This document shows positions 45,932-57,700 of a stretch of DNA of 64,000 nucleotides, piece by piece. Position 1 is the stretch's first letter, and every line of letters begins with the position of its first letter. The notes under the pieces were generated by a model that saw only the letters and a program-made list of their open reading frames with translations, was not told the DNA's origin and made no database searches. This DNA comes from Candidatus Dojkabacteria bacterium (lineage in GTDB: Bacteria; Patescibacteriota; Dojkabacteria; B142; OLB20): assembly GCA_035444565.1 (NCBI GenBank), contig DAOMOX010000003.1, positions 159,488 through 223,487 on the forward strand, in the 5' to 3' direction. The position numbers were made by a program, and so were the translations under genes.

Positions 45932-47017
45932 ATGGAAATAAAATTATCACAGGACAAGACTATATATTTATTCCATAAAGTTTCTCAGGTTGATTTGGCA
46001 TTATCCATTAGGCATCTAGCAGTTATGTTGGAATCTGGTCTCTCTCTTGAAGATACTCTTGAGGTAATCAGTCAGCAATCTCCAGATCCAAAACTTCGTG
46101 AAGCTTATAATGAAATCTTGAAAGATGTCCGCACTGGTAAGAATACATCTTCAGCTATGAGGAAATATCCAAATATATTTTCTGAGGTAATTATTTCAAT
46201 TATTGAAGTTGGGGAACAAGGAGGAACACTTGAGAAAAATCTAAACTTCCTAGCGGTTTTCTTAAAGAAAAATTATGAACTCTTGAGAAAAGTAAAAGGA
46301 GCCATGGTCTATCCATTAATCATCTTGCTCCTAACAACTTTTGAAATGCTAGGAGTGATTTATTTCATCTTACCTAAAATGGAGGGCTTGTTCAATGCGT
46401 TTGAAAACCCCCCAGCCCTTACTATGTTCGTTTTAAATGCCTCAAACTTTATTAGGACAAATATTTTATATCTCGCGATTGCATTAGTTGTAATTATTCT
46501 TGTATCAAGAAGATTCTTTAAAACCAAGACAGGGACAGACTTCAAGGATAAATTAATGTTAAAGATTCCGATAATTAAAGAATTAGTGATAAAAAATATA
46601 TTAGCTACATTCTCAAGAACATTGGGAATTTTGCTCGAGAGTGGAATTCCTTTGGCTGACGCCTTGAAGATTACAGCTACAACCACTAGTAATGTAGTAT
46701 ACGGTCAGATTTTTGAAACATTAAGGCAAGAGGTTCAGAGAGGAAAAAACGTTGCTGATGTATTAGGACGATATCCAAAACAGTTTCCTCCGCTCTATGT
46801 GAAAATGATTAGTGTCGGTGAAAAAACAGCTACTTTGGAAGACAACCTGTTATATTTATATGATTTCTATGCCGAAGAAGTCGAAGAAATGACAAATAAT
46901 ATGAGTACTATCATAGAGCCATTATTGTTGATTTTCATAGGTCTTATGGTGGCGGTATTAGCTATTGCCATTGTTGGTCCAATCTATCAATTAACAGGAA
47001 ATATTAACCAACTTTAA
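45932..47017 (+). CDS. pilC: Type IV pilus platform protein PilC/GspF
   Basis: LAVMLESGL, VGEQGGTLE, AMVYP, IIEPLL; three TMs. Confidence 0.95.
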   Translation: MEIKLSQDKTIYLFHKVSQVDLALSIRHLAVMLESGLSLEDTLEVISQQSPDPKLREAYNEILKDVRTGKNTSSAMRKYPNIFSEVIISIIEVGEQGGTLEKNLNFLAVFLKKNYELLRKVKGAMVYPLIILLLTTFEMLGVIYFILPKMEGLFNAFENPPALTMFVLNASNFIRTNILYLAIALVVIILVSRRFFKTKTGTDFKDKLMLKIPIIKELVIKNILATFSRTLGILLESGIPLADALKITATTTSNVVYGQIFETLRQEVQRGKNVADVLGRYPKQFPPLYVKMISVGEKTATLEDNLLYLYDFYAEEVEEMTNNMSTIIEPLLLIFIGLMVAVLAIAIVGPIYQLTGNINQL

Positions 47018-48162
47018 TGCCATCAATGAAGGGTTTTACATTACTAGAGATGTTAATAGTTATAGCCATCACAGGCTTTATGTCGGTTTTAGCGGTCCCC
47101 TATAGCATCAAGCAAATTACTAATAATAGAGCTTATGATACTGCAGCAGAAGTTAGCAGTGCGATTTTCAATGCCCAACAGAACGCAAATTCGTTTAAGA
47201 ATGGGAAGGCTTATGGTGTAGAGGTGAGAGAAACAGGTTACTCCCTCATTACTTCGGTTGACGAAAATCTTGCTACAGATGGATTAGTAGGTTATTGGAA
47301 GTTTAACGAGAACATATGGAATGGAGTAAATGACGAAACATATGACTCTTCAGGAAATGGTAACCATGGTACTCCTAAATTAGACACCACACTTTCTAGT
47401 GAAGGATTCGGTAAAAGTGCAAAATTTGATGGAACAGGAGATTTTATAGCATTTCAAGATAACAATGGTGTTGAGGTTGATACTGTACCTCTAAGTAATT
47501 TAGATAATGAGAACAGTATGGCTGTATCTGTATGGTTTCGCACAAACACTCTTGTTGGTGGTGAGGACAGCTTAAGGTATATAGTGGCCAAAGAGTCCGC
47601 AAATTCCTCTGGGACAAGCTTCATCTTGAGATTTAACACTAGCACAGACCGTTTGGAATACTATTTAGGAGGAGCAAGTTATGTAGGTGTAACATCGGGG
47701 GTACTAGCCATTAATACATGGTACCATGCAGTTGCCACTTGGGATGGTTCGATGATGTATCTTTATTTAAATGGAGCCCAAGTAGGCTCAGCATCAAAAG
47801 GGGGTTTAACAGGCGACTCTTCCTTACCCGTTAGAATTGGGTCCTTGAATTTTGGTGGTGCACAAACTAATATCAGAAATTGGTCTGGTGAAATCGATGA
47901 GCTCAGAATCTATAACCTAAACTTATCATCAACTGATGTCACTAACTTATATAATTATAATCAACGTAAGTTTTCAAAGACGGATATACCTTTTTCAAAC
48001 GGTGTAAAATCAAATGTGATTTCGCCAGCAAAAAAAATTATTAATTTTGATGAAGGTAGTTTCAAACCAAATTCTACGACTTCTTTTAATATTGTTAATG
48101 GAAGTTCAGTAGTTTTTGTAGAAATAAACACAGAAGGCTTAATAAATTATTATATTAATTGA
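47017..48162 (+). CDS. Minor pilin (FimT/GspH-like) with inserted LamG/concanavalin-like domain
   Basis: KG|FTLLE; GLVGYWKFNE...WYHAVATWDG..LYLNG...GEIDELRIYN. Confidence 0.88.
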   Translation: MPSMKGFTLLEMLIVIAITGFMSVLAVPYSIKQITNNRAYDTAAEVSSAIFNAQQNANSFKNGKAYGVEVRETGYSLITSVDENLATDGLVGYWKFNENIWNGVNDETYDSSGNGNHGTPKLDTTLSSEGFGKSAKFDGTGDFIAFQDNNGVEVDTVPLSNLDNENSMAVSVWFRTNTLVGGEDSLRYIVAKESANSSGTSFILRFNTSTDRLEYYLGGASYVGVTSGVLAINTWYHAVATWDGSMMYLYLNGAQVGSASKGGLTGDSSLPVRIGSLNFGGAQTNIRNWSGEIDELRIYNLNLSSTDVTNLYNYNQRKFSKTDIPFSNGVKSNVISPAKKIINFDEGSFKPNSTTSFNIVNGSSVVFVEINTEGLINYYIN

Positions 48163-48665
48163 TGATTTTCGACAAAAAGAAACTAAAAGGTATGACACTG
48201 ATTGAAGTTCTTTTGTATCTAGCCATTTTCGGAATGTTTTTTGTCGTTATTATTAATTACTTCTTTTTTGTTCAAGATAATAATCAACTTTCAGGAGAAG
48301 CGTTAAAAATTGATAGAGGAGTAATACTATTATCACAACATTTTGAAGATAGTTTTGAAAGAACAACGTCTATTGGGGGATCAACTATTTTTAATAATAA
48401 TAATGGAGCCTTATATTTAACAGGTCCTTCTAATATTAACTATACTGTATCTGATTTTGCCACAAGTGACGCAAGGCTACAGTTTTTCGATGGTGCTATA
48501 ACCAAACAAATCACAAGGAACGATGTTGAAGTTACCAAATTTTTACTTGAAGAAATTCTAGATAATAGCGATACTAATATAGGTGTGGAGATTACTGTGG
48601 GTATCAGATCTAAATCTGATACATCAATCAGTACTGAATTCACCAATTCATATATTTTTGATTGA
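48159..48665 (+). CDS. Minor pilin (PilW/GspJ-like)
   Basis: KG|MTLIEVLLYLAIF. Confidence 0.85.
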   Translation: MMIFDKKKLKGMTLIEVLLYLAIFGMFFVVIINYFFFVQDNNQLSGEALKIDRGVILLSQHFEDSFERTTSIGGSTIFNNNNGALYLTGPSNINYTVSDFATSDARLQFFDGAITKQITRNDVEVTKFLLEEILDNSDTNIGVEITVGIRSKSDTSISTEFTNSYIFD

Positions 48666-49054
48666 TGGAAAACCTTAGAGGGAACGTTGCATTAACCACT
48701 GTTTTGGTATTTTCGGCATTATTTGTCTTTACTGCAATTGTTTTAATTTTCCAGGCATTTGATTTCGCAAATTCTACCACAAGCTATACTAATCAAATTT
48801 ATGCTCAAAATACCGCATTTACATGTTTGGAAGAAGCATATTATAAAATTAGTAGAGATAATCCTGCCTATGCGAACACTGCTATGGAAAGTTTCTCCGT
48901 TGTGATAGACGCAGACAGAGAATGTTCTGCAACAGTCGTAAAAACAAGTGGCAACAATCGGGTTATTAATGTTGAAAGCCAATATCGTTCATCAAGTTAC
49001 AATACTCAAAAAATAATAGCAGATATAACAGCAACTGAATGGGTAATCAATTAA
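48662..49054 (+). CDS. Minor pilin (PilX/GspK-like)
   Basis: RG|NVALTTVLV lacking Glu5; A...A..CLEEA helix. Confidence 0.8.
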   Translation: MMENLRGNVALTTVLVFSALFVFTAIVLIFQAFDFANSTTSYTNQIYAQNTAFTCLEEAYYKISRDNPAYANTAMESFSVVIDADRECSATVVKTSGNNRVINVESQYRSSSYNTQKIIADITATEWVIN

Positions 49055-51798
49055 AAATTAAAATAAACAAAAAAATATATAAAGGTTTCTCTTTAGTAGA
49101 ATTACTACTTGCTTTGGCTATTTTCGGTATTGTTGTTTCTGCAAATTTTGGCTTGGCTATAGATGCATATCGTTCTCGACAGAATGACAGAACTAGACTT
49201 GAAGCAGGCTTGGTAATCAAAGACACCATAAATAGCTTATATTCTATTAAAAGTTCCTCATGGTCAGAAATGATAAGATACTTCGATCAAGATCCTGATG
49301 GTTCAGATTCGAGAGTTGTTGATGTCATCAATAATAAAATTCAAATAAATTTTGGTACCAAGGTTCATAACGGTGTGACATATCAAGTTTATTTCAAAAA
49401 GGCAGATCGAAATTCAGGGGAGCTTGTTCCCGCAAGTGATGGAAACGACCCTGATACAATCAAAGTTATCGTTGTTGCATCTTGGACAGATATTTTCAAT
49501 AACAACCAACAACTCACAGAAAACTATTTTTTGACGAATTGGTCAAGTACCAGTTGGACAGAATATGATGATTACACTTTCTCTAATCCTCCTCCAGTAC
49601 TCACAAATACAAAGGTAGAAAATGATAGTGTACAGATTACTTCCTCCTCTAGTATGGCGAACGCAGATTGGTGTGTAATAACTGATAATATTACTACAAA
49701 ATCCTACGATTTATTTCCGGTAGGTTCCGGAAGCACACAAGCTATTGCAACAAATAGTGCTTCAAGTGGTGCAATTGATTATGAAATGTATGAACCATCG
49801 CTGACTGGTCCTATACCGACGAACGCTCCTGCACCTTTATCACCAGTGATGCCAGGAATAAACAACAGCAACCCTTCGATATGTACTGGTACAGGTACTA
49901 CTATTACACAATGTGAAAGTCTGTTAAGGCTCTTTGATAGTACAAACGGCACTTCTTGGACAACTAAGACAAATTGGAAAGTTACTTCTACTCCATGCAA
50001 CACTGTGCCAACTGGTGGATGGTCTGGAGTCACTTGTAGCGGCGGTAATGTAATTACAATTAGTCTACCCGGTAATAATCTCACAGGCACTTTACCTACG
50101 GAATTAGGTAACTTAACAAACCTAACAACACTAAATCTGTCTGGAAATTCCATATCAGGTCCAATCCCTCCACAAATTGGTCGATTAACTGGTCTAACAA
50201 CTTTGAACTTAAGTTCTAATCAGCTAGATGGGGTAATCCCAAAGACAATTGGGAACAATACAAATCTATCTGTTTTGAATCTGTCGGATAACCAACTAGA
50301 TGGACAGATTCCATCCTCAATAGGGAGACTTTCAACACTTGATCAGTTATACTTGAACGACAATACTCTTACGTGTCATGTTCCAACTACAATAGCTAAT
50401 CTTGCCGATATTGACTTAAATTATCTTAATATATCGGGAAATAATTTATTGTTGCCGACGAATATATCTCTTTTAAGTACATACTTTACTAATAAAGGAG
50501 TTACCGGAATCAGAATCGATGGTCAGGGAAGTGTTATTAACCATGAGGATTGTTTGTACCGACCTTCGTCAGACAATGTATATGTAGCGCAATACAACAC
50601 CACAGAAGGTGAACCTGCAACCTCTCTTTATCTAGAAAAATTTGCGAATGGTGCGTTTCCACCTTCTATGACAGAGTCGATAATTAACACAGTAGGCTGG
50701 GAAAACAATACATCTTCTGGTGGTCTTAGATTTGATGGTGGGGATGTCGTTGCGGTTGACTATAGTTCGAAATGGAATGTTCAGAATGATATGACTATAA
50801 TGACTTGGTTTAAGTCCAATGACACTTCTCAGGATTCATTTGATAGAATAGTTGAGTTTTCCAATGGAACTACAACGGGATGGTTTTTATCTTTCACTGT
50901 TCCAAATAAGCTAAGATTTACACATTTCGGTACCGAGAATTTGGTAATTGAGACTGGAACACCAGTGACAGACAATGTATGGACACATGCAGCAATAGTG
51001 ATTTCAGGAGGTACAGGAACCATGTATATTAATGGTGCCAACCCCTTAACAGATACTTATACTAGTCTCTCACCAGTAACGGGGACAACTCAGCAATTGC
51101 GGTTTGGAAATAACACAGCTTTAACTAATGGTTCGCAGATGGACATGGATGATGTTCGTATATACAACCGTGCATTATCTCAAAATGAGATAGTTAAATC
51201 ATATCAAACAGAAATAAATCGAAATGATGCTGGCTTGATTGGTTATTGGAGGATGAATGTTGTGAATTCTGTCGATCAAACAGTTTATGATTTGAGTTAT
51301 CAGGGGAAACACGGATGGAGAGGTAGCACATTAGCAGGTGGTGAAGCCTCTGATCCAGCTTTAATCGCGGGTAATGCAAAATACAGAGTGAACGATATAT
51401 ACAAATATAATAATCTATTATTTATGTCAACCTCTAATCCAACTAAAGATATAGTTGTTTTCAATCTGGATACAAATACACACAATATTATCAATTTCGG
51501 TTTGGCCTCAAATGATGATACTCAGGGGGTAGTCATTGCAAACGATACACGAGGTTTCGCTATTCAAGACAGTTATGTAATACAGTTCAATCCTGCAACC
51601 AATACATACGTTAGTGCTAAGAACCTATCAACAATCGGTGGACTAAAATTGAGAAATATTATTGATATGAAACTAAATTCAAATCAGCTTTATCTATTGG
51701 GACTAGGAGAAGATGGTAACTTCGGTGTGATGGATGTTACAAACGGTATAACCCCGACACCAAGGGTGAATAATTTACTATTAGAAGCATTCTTGTAA
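49039..51798 (+). CDS. Large minor pilin/adhesin with LRR module, LamG domain and partial beta-propeller
   Basis: KG|FSLVE; 24-residue LRRs (LNLSGNSISGPIPPQIGRLTGLTT); LamG (WTHAAIV..MDDVRIYNRALS); C-terminal propeller-like blades. Confidence 0.88.
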   Translation: MGNQLKIKINKKIYKGFSLVELLLALAIFGIVVSANFGLAIDAYRSRQNDRTRLEAGLVIKDTINSLYSIKSSSWSEMIRYFDQDPDGSDSRVVDVINNKIQINFGTKVHNGVTYQVYFKKADRNSGELVPASDGNDPDTIKVIVVASWTDIFNNNQQLTENYFLTNWSSTSWTEYDDYTFSNPPPVLTNTKVENDSVQITSSSSMANADWCVITDNITTKSYDLFPVGSGSTQAIATNSASSGAIDYEMYEPSLTGPIPTNAPAPLSPVMPGINNSNPSICTGTGTTITQCESLLRLFDSTNGTSWTTKTNWKVTSTPCNTVPTGGWSGVTCSGGNVITISLPGNNLTGTLPTELGNLTNLTTLNLSGNSISGPIPPQIGRLTGLTTLNLSSNQLDGVIPKTIGNNTNLSVLNLSDNQLDGQIPSSIGRLSTLDQLYLNDNTLTCHVPTTIANLADIDLNYLNISGNNLLLPTNISLLSTYFTNKGVTGIRIDGQGSVINHEDCLYRPSSDNVYVAQYNTTEGEPATSLYLEKFANGAFPPSMTESIINTVGWENNTSSGGLRFDGGDVVAVDYSSKWNVQNDMTIMTWFKSNDTSQDSFDRIVEFSNGTTTGWFLSFTVPNKLRFTHFGTENLVIETGTPVTDNVWTHAAIVISGGTGTMYINGANPLTDTYTSLSPVTGTTQQLRFGNNTALTNGSQMDMDDVRIYNRALSQNEIVKSYQTEINRNDAGLIGYWRMNVVNSVDQTVYDLSYQGKHGWRGSTLAGGEASDPALIAGNAKYRVNDIYKYNNLLFMSTSNPTKDIVVFNLDTNTHNIINFGLASNDDTQGVVIANDTRGFAIQDSYVIQFNPATNTYVSAKNLSTIGGLKLRNIIDMKLNSNQLYLLGLGEDGNFGVMDVTNGITPTPRVNNLLLEAFL

Positions 51799-54700
51799 AT
51801 GGAAAAGAACATAGTATTAATAGACAATAATTTTGCAATTCGAGAAACACTAAAAATAGTTTTAGACAATCTTGCAAAGAATAACGACTTAAAATTCAAT
51901 TTATACACTTCACAGAATGGTATTGAAGGATTAGGTTTTGTTTATGTAACACATCCAGAAATAATTATAGTAGATACTACCCTTCCCAAATATAGCGGAA
52001 ATGAACTACTTTACTTCCTTTTGACTAATAAAAAATTTCATACAAGTAAGGTTAAAGTTTTTGTACTAGTTGAAAAATCGCAAAAAATTAGGGTACCCGA
52101 TAATTTTTCAGTATTAAATAAGTCCTCCAAGAATTTTGTTAAGAGCTTAGTCAAAGAATTATCAGATGTTTTGAAAATTGATAATAAGGTTAATTATAAA
52201 TACCCAAAACTAACAACTTGGATAATTAAAACAGCAAATGATCTTGATGTCGTAAAACAAAGATTTGAGAAGAATGACCTCCTCTCGAAACTGATAAATT
52301 TGTTTGTTATTGGATTTAAAGAACTATTACTCTCTTTTTTACTATTAATAAACTATGTTTTTAATAAACGTGTTGTAGATTCAAATGTAAAACAGGAAAG
52401 GAGAAATCTATCTTTACTTAGGAGAAAACACTATCCTACTGCTATCGCAGGCTCTATAGGTATAGTTATGACAACTATACTTACTTTAAGTGTTCTCTTT
52501 AGTCAGAACATCTTCTTCAATCAAGTAAATGAAGAAACTGAAGCATTCGGTTTTGGAGCAGTCGGTTGGTATTCGACTATGGACAATGCTTCTGATATCA
52601 GTAATCCTGTAGTAGGTTCGGCTGGTGAGGCATTGAATGGAGTTGATTATGTTACACAAAACATAGTAGTAGATGAAGATTATTCTTACGATATAATTTC
52701 CGCTCGCTTTAATGCTGATAATGAAGTGGTTAGGATTGCTAATCCCGTTGTGGGGGAAGACGTTAAATTAGATAAAGGTACTATAGAATTTATGTATTCA
52801 CCACTGGAGGCGCATACGACAAATAAGGAAATGACTTTTTTTAGTATATTTGGTGATGCAAACAACAAAATTGAATTCAAAAAGCTCAATGATGCCAATG
52901 ATAGTTTATCTTTACTATATAAATGTGCATATTGTGGTGATGCAGAGGTTTTAATTTCAGGAGCTAATTACGCATTTGCGGCTGATGACTGGGTCTATTT
53001 TACTGTCCATTGGAATGCTTATGCTCCTATAAATGAGCAGTTATTAATTTATGTTAACGAGGAAGAATTACCTATGACGCGAAATTCTTCATCGATTAAT
53101 CCTGCATCAATCACAGATCCAGCATATATTTATATTGGTAATTCATCTCCTACAGGAACAAATGAGGCGAACGGAAGAATTGACGATTTTACAATCTACC
53201 ATGATGTGGCACAACCTGAAGCGACACCTGTGGGCACACCCGCTCCTACACCAGTTTTTTGGCAGAATTCAGGACAAGCTAGTTGGTATTCAACTTTTGA
53301 TAGCATGGAAGCAGTTACTACCCCTGCTATTGGGGATGTTCCTGGGGTATTCTCGGGAGCTTCATTTATAGATGGTCCTGCAGAATATGAAAGTGCTCTC
53401 TATTTTGATGGGGCAGGTAAAAGTCTTTACATCGAAGGAACGCAAGGTATTCACTATTCATTAAATGAAGGTGCGGTTGAATTCTATTATAGACCGATAT
53501 ATGAGGCAAACCATAATGCAGAAATAAATCTATTCAGCATTAGACAAAACGATAATGAAGAAATTCGTCTATATAAACGAGATAATGCCAATGGCAATGC
53601 TCTAGCTTTTTCTTACCACTGTCAAACATCCTGCGGTGGAGAAGAAACGATAGCACTTGCTAATTATGATTCTTATTGGAATGATGGTGAGTGGATGTTT
53701 TTCCGAATAACTTGGAATGACAACCCTACTCTTAGTCTTTCAGAGCAATTGAAAATATTTATAGATGGTGACCAGCCAACCCATACAGACCAGGAATTTA
53801 AAATCCTGGGTGATAATATAACTTCAGAACCGAATCCACTTAGGGTATATGTGGGGAATAGAACTGAAAATGGTGATTACAGTGCGCTGGGAAGTATTGA
53901 TGAATATCGAATGTTCACGACAACAGTGATACCTACTCCTACAATTACCCCAACACCCTCTCTAACTTTGACACCAACAATAACGCCATCTCCGAGTGTG
54001 GCTCCTACAGCAACTCCTACACCACTATGGTATTCTACTATAGACAGTGTTTCTGCAATACAAACACCGGTTAGAGGTTCTTCAGCAACAATATCAGGGA
54101 ACTATGTATTTCTATCTGGTTCTCCATATTCACCAGGTGGCGCTAGCAATAAAGCAGTAAAATTCGGCTGGAAAAGTACAGGAAGTCGAATTATTTCAAA
54201 TGTTCCCGATGCAGAAGTAAATGAAACTAGTGGAAGAATTAGCTTCCACTTCAGCCCTGAGTTTGCATCAACTGATGCAGATAATGGAAATTATTTCCAA
54301 TTATATTCGAACTCAACAAATAGAATTACATTCAAAAAGAAAGGCCTAAATCTGGAATTGCATTATTATGCCACAGCACATGGTGCCACTAATTATAATT
54401 TAATGACAATTCCTAATTCATCGTTCTCCTGGAATGGAGGAGAATGGATATTCTTCGATATTTATTATAATACCGCACTAGATCAGAACAATGAGTTGAG
54501 GTTGTTTATGAGTACAAACGGAGGACCACTAATAGAACCTGAACACACACATTTAAATACAGTAACTACTCCTATCACAGATGTGTCAACCTTATACATA
54601 GCTGGAGACCCCACATATATTAATTCATATCCAAGAGGTCGTATTGATGATTTTAGAGTTTATGGATACACAGTAAATATGCCAACCCCAACAGTGCCTG

Positions 54701-57700
54701 CAGTTAGCCCTACCCCATCTCCAGTACCCGCGATGAGTATACTTTGGTATTCCACGATGGCAAACCCAACAGCTATCTGGCAACCTATTATTGGTACTAC
54801 TCCAACTGCGGTTAATAATCTTAGTTATGCAACAGATGGTCTGCCCGAAGCCAGATCGGGTGCAGTATTTAACAGCAATGGGTCATCTGTAACAATTGAT
54901 ATTCAAGGACAAGATTATGATAAATTCCAAGGTAAAGTTGAATTTTGGTACAAACCAAATGTCGCATACACACAACCAAATGACCTGACGTTCTTTTATT
55001 TGAGAACAAGGGCAACAGATACGATTACTTTGGTAAAAGATGCTAGTGCAGATTATCTGGAATTCCAATATGATTCAAGCTGCGTAGGTACAGGAGGTAC
55101 TTGTAATAATGCAGGAACTGGACTAATTGACAACCGAAGAACTAGGTATGATGATACTGGTACCGGAAATTATACAAATTACTGGGTAATAGGTAAATGG
55201 ATGAAGTTCTCGGCTCAGTGGGATTACTACGCACCTACAGAAGAAGAAAAACTAAAACTATTAATAACATACCATAATGGTACGGCATGGGAGACGGTTG
55301 AGCCTGGTAGTAAATCTGTCTTACAGGTTATGAATCCATACAATTTTGAAAATGCAGTAGGTTTTTCCTTTGGTAGCAACTATCAATTCGGAGCTACTTA
55401 TATTCGTGGAAATTTAAGTGACTTCCAGATTTGGGGAATAGGTGCAGGGTTAACTCCTACTCCATCTCCTACACCTGTATCTCTAACCTCAGCCGATCCA
55501 ATTTGGTATTCAACTATGAATGATGTGGCGGCATTGACAACACCTGTTATTGGTAAAGGTGCTACGGCACAAAATTTAACTTTTGTATCAGGGGTTACGT
55601 CTAATAGCGCAAAGATTGATGCTAATTCAGAGTATGCTGCGGTTGGAGCTATTCCGTATTCGACGCCTCCCGTTAGTTTCAAGAAAAACATGGGAGCTAT
55701 AGAATTCTATTACAAACCCGATTTGTCAGCATCTGCTGCCCAAAATATTACACTTTTTAATGTAAGAGTAGATGCCTCTAATCAATTAAGGTTATATAAG
55801 CAATCAGGATCAAGTCCATTGTGGCTCCAATACACACATGGAGGCTCAACAAAGAGTATACAGGTGCCTTATGCTAGTTTTTCTCCTTATTGGAACATAG
55901 GTAATTGGACAAAGATTAGAGCTGAATGGGATAGAACAAAAAGTACTCCTGATGACTTGAAATTATTTTTGGACAACGAAAGACCCACACCAACAAAAAC
56001 AGGAGCAGTATTTAGTGATATGGTTGGCAACCCTACTCTTTATATTGGAAATCTACATAATACTGGTACGGAGCCTGCGATGGGTGCGATTGATGATTTT
56101 ACAATTTTTGGGGACCCTGACGCAAGAAGATATGTAGTAAATTCAACACTAGATGAAAGTGATGCTGATATCGGAGATTTAGATTGTTATACGGCTTCAG
56201 GTAAATGTACTTTGAGGGCAGCGATACAAGAAGCAAATTCTACTACCAATGCTGACAAGATTATCTTTAATATTCCTGGGACCGGACCACATACCATAAG
56301 TCTATCGAGTGCACTTCCTACGATAACAAACTCACTCCAGATTGATGGAACAACTCAAACTGGTTCAGACTGTACAACAAAAGATCTTAGAATTGTTTTG
56401 TCAGGTAATAATCTAAGTAGTCCAGGACTAGCTTTCTCCAGTACTACAGGAGGCATCGTAAAAGGTCTAGTGATTCATGGATTCTCTAGGGGGATTAACT
56501 ACACTTCAAGTACAGGAGGAACTGTTCAATGTAATATAATCGGACTTGCTCAAGATGGTGTTACCATCGTGGGGAATAGTGAAAGCGGTATTACTTTAGA
56601 ATCAAATTCGACGGGAAATACTATCGGAGGTTCTGTCGCAGGTCAAGGGAATATCTTAAGTGGAAATTATATTGGACTAGATATCAATTCTTCAAACACC
56701 AACGTCGTCCAAGGAAACTACATCGGTACAAACAAAGGAGGAGAGTACTCACGAGGAAACACAACAGCAGGGATTGAAATTGATAATTCGTCGAGCATAG
56801 AAATTGGAGATGCAGATTTAAATAGTCTGCCTGCTAGTTGTACAGGTGTATGTAATGTAATATCAGGTAATGGTGCAAGTGGAATAAACTACATCGCAGG
56901 TACATCTGGAAGTAATGACAATGTTATAGAAGGTAATTATATAGGAGCTGATAAAACTGGCGCAAATCAAGTTACTAATTACGATGGAATTAAGGTTACT
57001 AAGGTTTCCAATCTCAACATATCTTATAATCAGATTGTTGCTGTGAATTCTGGAATTTATGCGTTAAGTACTACGACGGGTGCAATTTCAGGAATTACAG
57101 TCGATAATAACTACATCGGTATCAACAGAGCTGGAAATGCAAAGTTAATGGATTCTACGTATGGAGTAGTATTATTCTCAAGTAATGGGTCCACCTTCTC
57201 AACTGCAACTGTAACGAACAACATAATCATAGGAGCAGTTAGAGGTGCTGGAATTTATGGATATGGTTCACCAATCTCTGGAATCTCTATAAAATCTAAC
57301 TACATCGGTACGACTTCAACTGATGCCAATTTAGGTAATAAATATGGTATACAATTTATCTCCCCAGTTGCTACGAACAATGTTATAGGTGGAACAAACC
57401 CTGCAGACGGTAACACAATAGCCAGGAATTCCAGCTATGGAATTTATCTTTCTGGAACTAAAAATTCACTTATTCGTGAAAATACTATTAGGAATAATGC
57501 TAGTGATGGAATTTCGATTGTCGGTAATAGTAGTTCGGAAAATAATACGATTATAGAGAACAGTATTTATGATAATACAGGTATGGGAATTAACCTCAGA
57601 ACATCAACAGTAGACAAAGTAAGCTTCAATGATAAAGGTGATACTGATTCGACATTAGCAGGAGACGGTCCAAATAATTTACAGAATTTCCCTGTATTGA

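Noticed and set aside
53930-54025. Repetitive DNA suggesting a CRISPR array or VNTR
   Set aside because: It encodes a Pro/Thr linker with degenerate codons. No repeat-spacer array was seen anywhere in the window.
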